DNA of 64,000 nucleotides, from the NCBI GenBank assembly GCA_965261395.1, contig OZ253462.1, forward strand, positions 5,920,001 through 5,984,000, given 5' to 3'. Shown here in pieces: positions 29,163 through 38,970 of this stretch. This DNA comes from Candidatus Latescibacterota bacterium. Lineage in GTDB: Bacteria > Latescibacterota > UBA2968 > UBA8231. Positions within the stretch are counted from its first letter, which is position 1. The number at the start of each line of letters is the position of its first letter. Made by a program: the position numbers and the translations under genes. Under the pieces are notes generated by a model, which was given only the letters and a program-made list of their open reading frames with translations, was not told the origin of the DNA and searched no databases.

Positions 29163-29200
29163 AAAAAGGGGGGTTACCGAGCGAATCGGAACCCCCCTTC
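29163..29200 (-). terminator. Intrinsic terminator hairpin with its U-tract on the minus strand
   Basis: Minus strand GAAGGGGGGTTCCGA-TTCGC-TCGGTAACCCCCCTTTTT. Confidence 0.7.
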
Positions 29201-29221
29201 GTCGTTGTAATTACTATAAAT

Positions 29222-29250
29222 AAAATACTGATTGTCTTTGCTTTTGTCAA
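29222..29250 (-). promoter_or_regulatory. Sigma70-like promoter TTGACA-N17-TATTTT facing the terminator
   Basis: -35 at 29250-29245, -10 at 29227-29222. Confidence 0.5.
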
Positions 29251-29289
29251 GGGGTATATGTACGTAAGTCATTTATAAATAAATACTTA

Positions 29290-29317
29290 TTGACAGTTTG
29301 TCAAGTCTCCTTATCTT
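29290..29317 (+). promoter_or_regulatory. Promoter/operator of the S9 peptidase: palindrome TTGACA-GTT-TGTCAA with TATCTT 16 nt after the -35
   Basis: Read directly from the sequence. Confidence 0.45.
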
Positions 29318-29367
29318 ATCACATCCGCCCGATCTTAACGCTACATCAAACTAGGAGATGTGATGCC

Positions 29368-31542
29368 ATGCGACCATTCACCGTGGACGACTTGCTGAAG
29401 CTCAATCAGTTTGCCCATCGCTGCCCATGGGATCTCTCTCCGGATGGAGAGTTACTCGCGGTTACGCTGAGCGAGGCGAACCGACGCGAACCGCTCGGCG
29501 ATGGGAGCAGTTCCCGCACGATCCACGGCGTCCATTTTGAAGCGAATGGTGCCCACCTCCTCCTGCTCGACACGGCGACCGGCGAATCGATAGTTCCGTT
29601 TCCCGACGCACCTATGAGTTGGGCGGGTAGGTGGTCGCCAGACGGACAGACCCTCGCCGCATTCGTGGTTGCTTCTCAGACCCAAGCCTGTGTCGGCTTG
29701 TGGGACCGACGGACACGCAAAGTGCGCCTGTTCCGGGACGCTGTCGTCCACTGTGGTCTGAACTTCTGCGTTCCCCAGTGGACACCGGATGGCCTCCGCA
29801 TTGTAGCGACGCTCGTTCCTGCGGATACCCAAGCGACAGTATCTCCCACAGACCCCGACGTCATCGTTCGCTCCTATGACCCGAAAGAGCTAGACGCCGA
29901 TCAGAACCAACCATTCTTTCAACGGCGAGACGCAAGCATGTGTGTGGGTGTTGTGGATGTTAAGTCTGGTGCTATTGCTCGCTACGGGTCTGGTTTGAAG
30001 TTCAACATTCCTCGTTTGGCCCCGAACGGGCGGGCTGTGGCCCTGCTCAACTATATCAAGAGTCCTGTAGGTGGCCGCTCTCACTACGTCCACGACCTCT
30101 TAGTGGTACCGGTCGATGGGAGCGAACCCCATGTCGTCGCGAAAGACGTCCAGGTCAACAGCTATGCAAGCTGTCTCTCATGGTCGCCGGACAGTGAGAT
30201 GATCTGCTTTGTCACGGGAGCCGCGAAAGAACCGCACCATCTCTGGGTTGCCCCGGCGGACGCCTCGGCGGAGCCTACCATGCTGGCAGCGTTGGAGTCG
30301 GCTCCGCATCCCTATCAGGCACCTTGGTGGAGCGCCGACGGCAAGCGCCTCGTCTGGCTGCAAGATGGCGCACTGCATGCTTTCTCTGTTGATGAGAGAA
30401 CTGGTTATCGCCTCTCCGAAGATCCAGGCACTACTCAACTCCATGTCGATCTCCTCTTGCAACGTCACGGGGAATCCGTCCTGCAAACGGATGATCGGGG
30501 CGATTTTTATGGACACGCTCGCAACGGTCGGGATGACTCCTGTGTCGTCCGTATCAATGCTGATTCTGGAAAAACAACGGCCGTCCGATCACTGCCGCTT
30601 CCGGCTGCAAACGAATTCACGACCGCAGCGACCGGCGAGCTCTTTTTTATACGTGGTATTACGATCGGTGATGAGGTGGTTGATGCGTACCCGATGGATG
30701 GAGGAACGCCAAAGACGCTGCTCACACTGAACCCCTGGCGCAAGGAGACGGAGGCTCCCTCGCGGCGGATCATCGAGTTTGAAGATGTGAATGGTCGAAC
30801 GCAGAGGGCAGCGATCTTCACACCATTAGGAGCAGAAGACAGAGGCGCGCTACCAATGGTCGTGACCGTCTATCCAGGCAGGACGAACTCGGAGCGCCAC
30901 GTACCCGGACTCGACTTATACGACTTGGAGATTGAATTGCTCACCGGCGCAGGCTACGCAGCGATGTACCCAGATGCCATCATAGAGGACCATGACCCGA
31001 TCGCCCAGATTGCAGGGGTAACGCTCCCGGCTGTCCAGCGAGCGGTAGAGATGGGTCTTGCCGACTCAGAGCGAGTCGGCGTACGAGGCCACAGTTATGG
31101 TGGGTATGCCGTAGTGGCACTGCTCACCCAAACCAACGCCTTTAGCGCTGGTGTCGCCAATGCCCCTACGGGAGTCAACATGACGAGCACCTATGTTGCG
31201 AATTTCAATGCAATGCGGTGGTGCGAATTCCCCGGAGGACGCACCGGAGGCACACCCTGGGAAAAACGAGAGAAGTACATCGAAAACTCACCGTTTTTCC
31301 TCCTCGACCAGGTTGAGACACCGCTGATGCTTGTGTGCGGGAGCAAGGATGAACCCGCCGCCATGAGCGCCCGTGAGACCTTCTTGGCGTTGAGGCGGTT
31401 GGGCAAGCGCGTAGAAATGAGAGAGTACCAGCGCGAATCACACATCATGACGTGGTCTGCTGCTGATACTAGGGACTACTACGAGAGCGTGCTCAGGTGG
31501 TTTGACCAGTATCTCACGCTTAGCCCAATTGAGAGGAGATAA
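29368..31542 (+). CDS. S9 family prolyl oligopeptidase/acylaminoacyl peptidase
   Basis: AGGAG SD; WSPDG propeller repeats; GHSYGG nucleophile, GSKD, ESH triad. Confidence 0.9.
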   Translation: MRPFTVDDLLKLNQFAHRCPWDLSPDGELLAVTLSEANRREPLGDGSSSRTIHGVHFEANGAHLLLLDTATGESIVPFPDAPMSWAGRWSPDGQTLAAFVVASQTQACVGLWDRRTRKVRLFRDAVVHCGLNFCVPQWTPDGLRIVATLVPADTQATVSPTDPDVIVRSYDPKELDADQNQPFFQRRDASMCVGVVDVKSGAIARYGSGLKFNIPRLAPNGRAVALLNYIKSPVGGRSHYVHDLLVVPVDGSEPHVVAKDVQVNSYASCLSWSPDSEMICFVTGAAKEPHHLWVAPADASAEPTMLAALESAPHPYQAPWWSADGKRLVWLQDGALHAFSVDERTGYRLSEDPGTTQLHVDLLLQRHGESVLQTDDRGDFYGHARNGRDDSCVVRINADSGKTTAVRSLPLPAANEFTTAATGELFFIRGITIGDEVVDAYPMDGGTPKTLLTLNPWRKETEAPSRRIIEFEDVNGRTQRAAIFTPLGAEDRGALPMVVTVYPGRTNSERHVPGLDLYDLEIELLTGAGYAAMYPDAIIEDHDPIAQIAGVTLPAVQRAVEMGLADSERVGVRGHSYGGYAVVALLTQTNAFSAGVANAPTGVNMTSTYVANFNAMRWCEFPGGRTGGTPWEKREKYIENSPFFLLDQVETPLMLVCGSKDEPAAMSARETFLALRRLGKRVEMREYQRESHIMTWSAADTRDYYESVLRWFDQYLTLSPIERR

Positions 31543-33678
31543 ATGAGCACGGCATACCCGACCAAGTGCATCTGCACACACTTATGGCTACTCTGGATGA
31601 TAGGGGCTGCGCTCGTCGTTGCGTCGTCTGCACCGGCCCACGAAAAGGCTGGCGAAAAGGGGGTCCAGGCCTTTAGGACGCACCTCCGGCCAACCATCGA
31701 CGGCGTCCTAGACGATGCGGACTGGAAGCGGGCTACACCGGCGACGGGATTCATATTGATCGAACCCGAAGAGGGCGTCGCCGCGACCAACCAAACCTTT
31801 ATACATGTACTCTATGACGCCGATTACCTGTACATCGGCCTCAATATGATTGATGCGGAGCCTGGGAATATAAAGGGGCGCATCATGCAGCGGGACGGCA
31901 CGTTCTCCCCGTTAGACCTCGTTGGCCTCGTCTTAGATACCTATCACGACCATCAGAATGCCTACGGGTTCTATATAAATGCCTACGGCGTCCAGAACGA
32001 TTTTCGCGTTGAAAACGATGGGTCCGGTGGCTGGGGTGGAATCGATCAGAGCTGGGACGGTATTTGGCAGTCCGAAACCCATATCCACGACCAAGGCTGG
32101 AGTGCCGAGATCGCCATCCCATTCAAGACGCTGCGGTTTCCCGAATTGGACCAGCATACGTGGGGCATAAACGTCCAGCGCATTGAGCGGACCTATACGG
32201 AGAATAGCAACTGGGCGTTTATATCGAGAGACGACCGATATCTCCTGAAAGTGTCCAAGGCCGGCCACCTGCATGGACTCGAAGACATAAAACCGGGACT
32301 TCACCTAGAGGTATTGCCTTATGCAACCCGAGGCTACAGCAATGTGAAAAGTCGGTCCGCAGAAGGCTGGTCCAGCGATTTCGGGCTCGATCTGAAATAC
32401 AGTATAGCCTCCAATCTCACCTTGGACACCACCTTTAATCCGGATTTCGCCCATATAGAAGCCGACGAAAACCAGATAAACCTGACGAGATTTGAACTCT
32501 CTTTAGAGGAGAAACGACCCTTCTTTCTCGAAGGCCAAAATCTATTTACGGCGATGGACCTCTTCTACAGTCGTCGCATTAGCGATCCCGATATCGGCAC
32601 TAAAATAACGGGCAAAATCGGCAAGAACAGCGTCGGCCTGATCGCAGCGCGGAATCGGCCGTTGGGTGATGACGGCGGCCCTCCGCATTTCGGCGTCCTG
32701 CGCCTCAAGCGCGATGTAGGAGTCAATTCCTCGATTGGTGCCTTAGCCGTCGGGAAAAATGGTCCGCTAGGGCAACAGGCGGTGGGCAGCGATCTCGTCT
32801 TGAGCTTGGACGACAACGCTAAGCTCTTCCTTAATTCGGCCATGAGTTTTGGTGCAGACACGGACCGCCGCAACAAAATGCACAGCGGTAGCTTTAGGTA
32901 CAATTCCGATCGCTTCCCATTTGGGATTCGGGGATCTTGGATCGAGCCTGGGTTCAACGTGGATCAAATCGGTTTCATCCCGCACGACGCCGACGTCGGC
33001 GAGCGAGAATTCAGCCTCTATGGAAGCTACGGTTGGCGTCCCGATTTCCTCGGCATTAGAAATATCTATTTGGGGCAGAATCTTGTCGCCGAGCGGCGGA
33101 CCAACGAAGAGGGGTGGGAATGGCGCTGGAGCAACGTCGATCTGTACGTACGGCGGCTGGATGACTCGCGGGCGTGGTTCGGCCACTATAATTGGCAATT
33201 GCGGTGGCAGCAAAAAAAGTACAACGGCGACTCATTCAGGGCTGGTTTTGACACCGGCAACGGGCGCAAGTACCGGCTCCGCCTCAGCGGTCAACTCCGG
33301 GACCAGTACGACTTTGCGGACGAATACCTCGGCGACATACGCCGCGTATCTGGGACGCTGCGATTCGATTTGTGGGAGGGGTTCTTTCTTGACTCTAGTA
33401 CGGAATCTGTCTGGGAGTATTTTCCCTCCGGCGCACTGGACGAGGTGAAGCGCGTCTTGCTGGTGAGGACGACGTACTTTTTGCATCGGGATCTGTTCAT
33501 CCGCAGTTTTTTTCAGCGCAGCTTCCACCGGGACACCGTCGATCTCAACCTGCTTTTTAGCTATACGTTCGGCGCGAATAACAGCCGATTCTATATCGCC
33601 TATAACGAACATTGGGCCGACACCACAGAGCCAGAGCGGATACTGCTGACGAAATTGAGCTATAGGTTCAATTTCTGA
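31543..33678 (+). CDS. CBM9-like + DUF5916 outer-membrane protein
   Basis: PTIDGVLDDADW, LDTYHD, W.SE.......WSAEIAIPFKTLRF, NPDF..IEAD, E.RPFFLEG, LFYSRRI, C-terminal KLSYRFNF. Confidence 0.85.
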   Translation: MSTAYPTKCICTHLWLLWMIGAALVVASSAPAHEKAGEKGVQAFRTHLRPTIDGVLDDADWKRATPATGFILIEPEEGVAATNQTFIHVLYDADYLYIGLNMIDAEPGNIKGRIMQRDGTFSPLDLVGLVLDTYHDHQNAYGFYINAYGVQNDFRVENDGSGGWGGIDQSWDGIWQSETHIHDQGWSAEIAIPFKTLRFPELDQHTWGINVQRIERTYTENSNWAFISRDDRYLLKVSKAGHLHGLEDIKPGLHLEVLPYATRGYSNVKSRSAEGWSSDFGLDLKYSIASNLTLDTTFNPDFAHIEADENQINLTRFELSLEEKRPFFLEGQNLFTAMDLFYSRRISDPDIGTKITGKIGKNSVGLIAARNRPLGDDGGPPHFGVLRLKRDVGVNSSIGALAVGKNGPLGQQAVGSDLVLSLDDNAKLFLNSAMSFGADTDRRNKMHSGSFRYNSDRFPFGIRGSWIEPGFNVDQIGFIPHDADVGEREFSLYGSYGWRPDFLGIRNIYLGQNLVAERRTNEEGWEWRWSNVDLYVRRLDDSRAWFGHYNWQLRWQQKKYNGDSFRAGFDTGNGRKYRLRLSGQLRDQYDFADEYLGDIRRVSGTLRFDLWEGFFLDSSTESVWEYFPSGALDEVKRVLLVRTTYFLHRDLFIRSFFQRSFHRDTVDLNLLFSYTFGANNSRFYIAYNEHWADTTEPERILLTKLSYRFNF

Positions 33679-33685
33679 GCTGAGC

Positions 33686-35416
33686 TTATACCTTGCATAC
33701 GGGCAGCACGAGCCGCGAAGGATGGGCTGCCGAGTGATGCACGGCGTTGGTAGCCACGACCAGTTCGGTGTCGGCTAGGTTGTTTTTGCCTGTGTTGTGA
33801 TTGCGGTCGTGGTTGGGGAAGTCGCTCGACGTGATCTCTAGGCGGATGCGATGGCCCGGCTCAAAGCGGCAGGCCGTTGGCCCCATGCGGATGCGGAGTT
33901 CCACCACACTCTCGGGCGTCAGCAGCTCTTCAACGTCGAGGGAGTTGCGGTGGCGGGCGCGCACCATGCCGTAGCACATCTCTGGCGCTGGTCCACGCGC
34001 CGTCTCACCCTCTGTGCCAGCCGCGGGCGGGTGTTCGTCCACCAGTCGCGCGAAAAAATCCGTGTCTGGTGCCGACGAACTGACGAAGAGCACGGCTTCT
34101 GGATAACCGGCGATTTCCACGGCGTCAGTCAGCGGTTCCGAGCGGTAGCAGAGGATGTCGTCGCGTCCTTCTAGACGGTGGCGGTCCGCTGGCCCCGTGA
34201 ACCATTCTCGCGTCCACAGCGTCGGGACGGGATTGTGGGGGTCGTAGTCGAAGCGGTCGGCCTCGGCGCTGGTGTGCTCGCCGTCGATCGACAGTCGGCC
34301 GGAACCGCCAAACTTGGCGTTGCCGTCGCTGCTCAACAGGTATTCACAGGGCGTCGCGTCCGCTGGCGGCCAAGTGTCGGCCGAGCGCCACCGCCCCTGC
34401 CGTCCGGCCATTGCGAAATAGCGCACTGCTGGCTCGCGGTTGACGCCGTTGTCGATCCCCTTGAGCCAGTGATCGAACCAGCGGATGATTAGGTCCGGTA
34501 GGTCGAGCGCGGCCTGTGGGCCGAAGTCGAACCCGGCCACTATGCGGCTACCGAGGCTCGGGTGATTCCACGGGCCGGCGACCAGCTTCGTCTGCGACCG
34601 CGCCCGCTCGGTGCGACCGTGGCGCTGCATTAGCTGGAGATGCTGCATCGAGCCGTTGCAGTGGTCGTACCAGCCGCTGAAGTCGAGGTTTGGCACGGCT
34701 ACTTCCTCGTGCACCTCGTCGAACTTCCAGGCCCGTCGGTTCGGGTGCTCAAGCCAGTCCTTTGCGTACTCCGCCAGCCCCGGCGGTAGCTGCCGGGGGA
34801 AGTCGAGCCACGGCAGGTAGCCGATCCAGTGGCCCTCGCCGGCGACCTTGTCCCACTCCTGTCGCGCTTGCTCGGGTGTATGCGGCGGTGGCAGTCCGTG
34901 TCGGCGGCGCAGGTCCGGTGCCATGGAGGTGAGCCACCACTTGATGCGCCGCCCTGGCCGAAACCCGCCCGGCCAATCGACCTCGGTCAACTCCAGCGGA
35001 ATGGTATACGCGCACATAGCCACCAGATGCGGGGGCCGCAGCTTGGCTAGCTGCCACTGCATCCAAGCGTTGTACGAGGCTCCGAGGGTGCCGACCATGC
35101 CGTCGCACCAGGGCTGCGCCGCCAGCCACTCCACGGAGTCGTAGCCGTCCTCAGCGTCGCCGGTGTGCTCCACGGTAAACGGCACCCAGTCGCCCTCGGA
35201 GCCGTAGCGGCCGCGCGAGTCCATGGTGACCACGGCGTACCCAGCGCGCACGTAGCGCTCGAATCCAGATTTTGGGCGGTCGTACGGCGTGCGCAGCAGG
35301 ATTCCGGGGAACCGGCCATCGGCGTCGGGGCGAAACACGTGCGCCGCCATGCACGCGCCGTCGCGCATGGGCACTTGGACGTCGGGCTCAGTGAGGATTC
35401 CTAGGGTGCCGCTCAT
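33686..35416 (-). CDS. CocE/NonD family (S15) hydrolase
   Basis: VPMRDG, LRTPY, DSRGRYGSEG, EDGYD.VEW.A.QPW, GASY, GWYD, GPWNH, SSDFP. Confidence 0.92.
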   Translation of the reverse strand: MSGTLGILTEPDVQVPMRDGACMAAHVFRPDADGRFPGILLRTPYDRPKSGFERYVRAGYAVVTMDSRGRYGSEGDWVPFTVEHTGDAEDGYDSVEWLAAQPWCDGMVGTLGASYNAWMQWQLAKLRPPHLVAMCAYTIPLELTEVDWPGGFRPGRRIKWWLTSMAPDLRRRHGLPPPHTPEQARQEWDKVAGEGHWIGYLPWLDFPRQLPPGLAEYAKDWLEHPNRRAWKFDEVHEEVAVPNLDFSGWYDHCNGSMQHLQLMQRHGRTERARSQTKLVAGPWNHPSLGSRIVAGFDFGPQAALDLPDLIIRWFDHWLKGIDNGVNREPAVRYFAMAGRQGRWRSADTWPPADATPCEYLLSSDGNAKFGGSGRLSIDGEHTSAEADRFDYDPHNPVPTLWTREWFTGPADRHRLEGRDDILCYRSEPLTDAVEIAGYPEAVLFVSSSAPDTDFFARLVDEHPPAAGTEGETARGPAPEMCYGMVRARHRNSLDVEELLTPESVVELRIRMGPTACRFEPGHRIRLEITSSDFPNHDRNHNTGKNNLADTELVVATNAVHHSAAHPSRLVLPVCKV

Positions 35417-35714
35417 CGCATCGGCTCCGTAGCGATAGTACCTCCGCCTCCAATCGTTCACCCAAGCGATCTTTCTCCAACTCCAGATTGTAACGCATCT
35501 GCAGATTGAGCCAGAAGCGATCGGTGGTTACGAAGTAGCGAGATAGTCGAAGAGCCGTGTCTGCGGAGATGGCGCGCTGGCCATGAACGATCTCGTTAAT
35601 CCGGCGTGGGGGGACCGAGATGTCCTTTGCTAGGCGATATTGGCTCAAGCCCAGGGGCGTGAGGAACTCCTCGAGTAAAATCTCTCCCGGATGAATGGGG
35701 GGCATTACAGGCAT
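35388..35714 (-). CDS. higA: HigA antitoxin (HTH-XRE)
   Basis: PPIHPGEILLEEFL.PLG.SQY.LA, RINEIV.G.R.I.ADTALRL..YF.T...FW.NLQ; GGAGG SD. Confidence 0.93.
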   Translation of the reverse strand: MPVMPPIHPGEILLEEFLTPLGLSQYRLAKDISVPPRRINEIVHGQRAISADTALRLSRYFVTTDRFWLNLQMRYNLELEKDRLGERLEAEVLSLRSRCDERHPRNPH

Positions 35715-35723
35715 ATCTGCCTC

Positions 35724-36005
35724 CTAATGATAGTCGACAATTTCTACATTGGCAGCGTGCCCCGCCTTCCACTCGAAGCACAGGCGCCATTGATCGTTTA
35801 TGCGGATGCTGTACTGGCCCCTGCGATCTCCAGCAAGTCTCTCGAGTCGATTGCCGGGTGGCAACTGCAGATCTTGTATGGAATCGGCGGCGTCCAACAA
35901 GAGAAGCTTCTTGAGAGCCGAGCGGGCCAGCGTTCCCGAGAATCTTCGCGACCTTTGGCGAAAGAAAACTCTTTCCGTCTCTCTGTCGCGGAACGATTCT
36001 ATCAT
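35724..36005 (-). CDS. higB: HigB toxin (RelE/ParE superfamily)
   Basis: MIESFRD.ET, L.PPGNRLE.L.GDR.GQYSIRINDQWR.CF.W, VEIVDYH. Confidence 0.95.
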   Translation of the reverse strand: MIESFRDRETERVFFRQRSRRFSGTLARSALKKLLLLDAADSIQDLQLPPGNRLERLAGDRRGQYSIRINDQWRLCFEWKAGHAANVEIVDYH

Positions 36006-36012
36006 TCAGATG

Positions 36013-36041
36013 AGAATAACGCGGCACGTTATTAATGTCAA
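36013..36041 (-). promoter_or_regulatory. higBA promoter TTGACA-N17-TATTCT overlapped by operator palindrome AATAACG-N5-CGTTATT (36015-36033); leaderless higB
   Basis: The -10 box ends 7 nt before the ATG; no SD. Confidence 0.8.
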
Positions 36042-36109
36042 ATTCGAGGACGGCCCCCGAGATTTTCTTATCTTTGATTTCCACGACAATTTCCTTTTCA
36101 AAGTGAACC

Positions 36110-38044
36110 ATGTCCCTTCCTCGCTCAGGGTACACCTTCAGAGCCTTCTTCTTGGGCGCGCTCTGCGCCGCTATTCTCGCCGCCGGAGCCCCCTATTGCA
36201 ACATGGTCCTGCGCGGCTCGTATATGACCCAAGACTTTTCCACTCCTGGGGCGCTGTTCCTGTTTTTCTTTTTAGTCGGCGTATTCAACGCGCTGTACAA
36301 ATGCGCCTTCCCCAGCGGCGGCCTCGCCCGCGCCGAGCTGCTACTGATCTACAGCATGATGCTCATCGCCTCGGCGATTACTACCTGCGGCCTCTCTGAA
36401 TACCTCTTGCCGATCATGGGGTCCTGGCTCTACTTCGCCACGCCGGAAAATCGCTGGGACGACCTGTTCCACCCCTACATCCGCGACTTCTTGGTCCCCG
36501 ACGACGCGCGCGCCATCAAGCACTTCTACGAGGGCTTGCCCACGGGCGCGCCCATCCCTTGGGACGCTTGGTTGCTCCCCTTGCTCGGATGGAGCGTCCT
36601 CATTGTCGCCGTTTACTTCGCCATGATCTGCGTCGCCGTCGTCCTCCGCCGCCAGTGGGTCGAGCGCGAAAAGCTCATCTATCCGCTCGCACAATTGCCG
36701 CTCGACATGGTGCGCCAAAGTGACGAGAACCGGCTGCCGCCGTTTTTCAAAAGCGCGAGCTTGTGGATCGGCTTTGCCATTCCCTGCCTCATCTCTTCGA
36801 CCAATGCCTTCCACAACTACTTCCACGTCTTTCCACAAATCCAGCTTTCCGCGAGCATCAGCCTTTTCCGCGACACCGTGCATCTGCCGGTGGTGCTCAG
36901 CTTTCCGGTCCTCGGCTTTGCCTACCTGATCAACCTCGACATCGCCTTCAGCCTGTGGTTTTGCAACGTGCTGGTCAATGTGCAAAAGGGACTCTACGGA
37001 GTACTCGGTATCACCTCTGGCGAGGCATTAGATACCTTTAGCGTCAATCCGCCGGCGATTGCCCACCAAGAAATGGGGGCGCTGCTCGCGCTAGTGGTTC
37101 TTACGCTGTGGGTGGGACGCGGGCACCTCAAGGACGTGTGCCGCAAGGCGTTTTTTAACGCTGAGGATGTCGATGACTCCGATGAGATCCTCTCCTACCG
37201 AGTCGCGGTCGGCGGCGCGCTGGCGAGCTTGAGTTTTGCCGGGGTTTGGCTCTATCTAAGCGGCATGCCGCCGCTGGTTGCCCTGCTCTTCCTGCTCAGC
37301 GCCTTTGCCATTTTCGTGGCGCTGACTCGCATCGTCGCCGAAAGCGGGGTGCCCGAAGCGCGCACGCCGATGATGCCGCAGAGCTTTGTCGCCACGGGGA
37401 TTGGCACGACCGCGGTCGGCGAAACCGGCATTACTGCTCTCGGTTTTTCCTTTACTTGGGCCACCGAACTGCGCGTCGTGGTAATGGCCTCAGCCGCCCA
37501 CGCCCTCAAGCTGCTCGACGGCCAGCAGGGACGCCATCGCCCCTTTTTCTGGGCGTTGATGCTCGCGGTGTTCGTCAGCATGATTAGCTCGCTGTGGGCG
37601 ATCCTCGATTTGTCCTACCGCTACGGCGGCATCAACCTCAACCGCTGGTTTTTTGGCGGCGGTGCCCGCGCCCCTTTCGAGAGCTTTGTAACCCGCCTCT
37701 TGCTCAACCCTACCGGGCCTAGCTGGGAAGGCTGGTTTTCCACGGGGATCGGCGCGGCGATCATGGGCGGCTTGATGCTGGCCCGGCACTACCTGACGTG
37801 GTGGCCTCTACATCCGATTGGTTTCCCCATTGCCGGCCTCTGGCTGATGAGCCACTCTTGGTTTTCGATCTTTTTGGCGTGGCTCTGCAAGGCCATCGCC
37901 CTCAAGTACTGGGGACCGCGCGGCTTCCGCGCCGCCCGCCCGTTCTTCTTGGGGGCGATCCTCGGTCAGTTTGCCAGCGCCGGGGTCTGGTTGGTCATCG
38001 ACGCCTGTACTGGCATGACCGACAACCGCATCTTTAGCTGGTGA
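36110..38044 (+). CDS. DUF6785/DUF6784-like membrane transporter, copy 2
   Basis: YFATPENRW, WVEREKL.YPL, HQEMGA, DEILSYR, YGGINL, WWPLHPIG, RPFFLG. Confidence 0.75.
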   Translation: MSLPRSGYTFRAFFLGALCAAILAAGAPYCNMVLRGSYMTQDFSTPGALFLFFFLVGVFNALYKCAFPSGGLARAELLLIYSMMLIASAITTCGLSEYLLPIMGSWLYFATPENRWDDLFHPYIRDFLVPDDARAIKHFYEGLPTGAPIPWDAWLLPLLGWSVLIVAVYFAMICVAVVLRRQWVEREKLIYPLAQLPLDMVRQSDENRLPPFFKSASLWIGFAIPCLISSTNAFHNYFHVFPQIQLSASISLFRDTVHLPVVLSFPVLGFAYLINLDIAFSLWFCNVLVNVQKGLYGVLGITSGEALDTFSVNPPAIAHQEMGALLALVVLTLWVGRGHLKDVCRKAFFNAEDVDDSDEILSYRVAVGGALASLSFAGVWLYLSGMPPLVALLFLLSAFAIFVALTRIVAESGVPEARTPMMPQSFVATGIGTTAVGETGITALGFSFTWATELRVVVMASAAHALKLLDGQQGRHRPFFWALMLAVFVSMISSLWAILDLSYRYGGINLNRWFFGGGARAPFESFVTRLLLNPTGPSWEGWFSTGIGAAIMGGLMLARHYLTWWPLHPIGFPIAGLWLMSHSWFSIFLAWLCKAIALKYWGPRGFRAARPFFLGAILGQFASAGVWLVIDACTGMTDNRIFSW

Positions 38045-38154
38045 TGGTCAGGGGCGTTCCCAGCGATAGAGCAAGGCGAAATTGGGGATGGGGCGGATGG
38101 CAAAGCCGTCGTCGGACACGAGGAAGATGGCGATTGGGACGCTCCGTGAAACCC

Positions 38155-38943
38155 CTACATGTCTCGCAATAGTACTATAAACAGCCCCACGTCCTCTTGT
38201 TCGTCGCCGCCCTGCAAATCCACGCTGACCCCTGCGTTTAGCACCATGCCATCGCCGAGGCCGATGTCGAAATTCGGTTCTAAGCGGACGCTGAGCTCGT
38301 CTTCCAAGTCGGAGGTGTTGGACGTGATGAGCAAGTCGAGGTACGCGCTTAGTTTTTCGCCGAATACGTGGGCTGGTTCGAGCAAGAGATCGACGACGAC
38401 GCCTTCGTCGGCATAGCCTTTTAGCGCGGCGACCTGCAACCGAGTGTTGAAGCGGAAAGAGGAACCGATCCGCGCGGTCTGCATGAGACCAACGGCTAGC
38501 CCCGGGTCGGAGATGTCGCCAGCCGGCAGCGCGATGCTAGCGGTCGCCGCGCGGTTGGGGCCGAGTTGATACTTGCTGCCGACCACGATCGACGAAAAGT
38601 TGGAACTCCTATCTTTGAAAAAGCCAAAGGTGAGATGTGCGCCTATTTCAAGGCGAGCGTGGGGATTGAATTTGACCATAGCCACGATATCGCTCACGTC
38701 CTTGAGCTCTTTGATCGTGGAGGGAGAGGTGCGGACGCCAATATCGACGCTAGTGTAGCCTAGGCCGCCCGGCAGGACGTAGTAGGGGTCGTAGCTGAGG
38801 GGAGCATGAACGGGGGCATGGATGGCAGGGGCCTCGGCCTCAAGCGCGACCGGTTCCTCTGCTGGAGCGTCGTTTTCGGGTTGAGCATGGACGGCAGTGC
38901 CCACTAACGCGACCACGCCGATCAGTACGCAAAACAGGTGCAT
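38155..38943 (-). CDS. Hypothetical exported protein, possible small beta-barrel
   Basis: AGGAG SD; signal peptide (…AVHA); alternating beta-strand-like segments. Confidence 0.55.
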   Translation of the reverse strand: MHLFCVLIGVVALVGTAVHAQPENDAPAEEPVALEAEAPAIHAPVHAPLSYDPYYVLPGGLGYTSVDIGVRTSPSTIKELKDVSDIVAMVKFNPHARLEIGAHLTFGFFKDRSSNFSSIVVGSKYQLGPNRAATASIALPAGDISDPGLAVGLMQTARIGSSFRFNTRLQVAALKGYADEGVVVDLLLEPAHVFGEKLSAYLDLLITSNTSDLEDELSVRLEPNFDIGLGDGMVLNAGVSVDLQGGDEQEDVGLFIVLLRDM

Positions 38944-38970
38944 AAGGTCTCCTAAAATTGTGAGAGGTGT

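Noticed and set aside
38050-38145. Weak inverted repeat GGCGTTCCCA...TGGGACGC between convergent genes
   Set aside because: Too degenerate to call as REP, terminator or ncRNA
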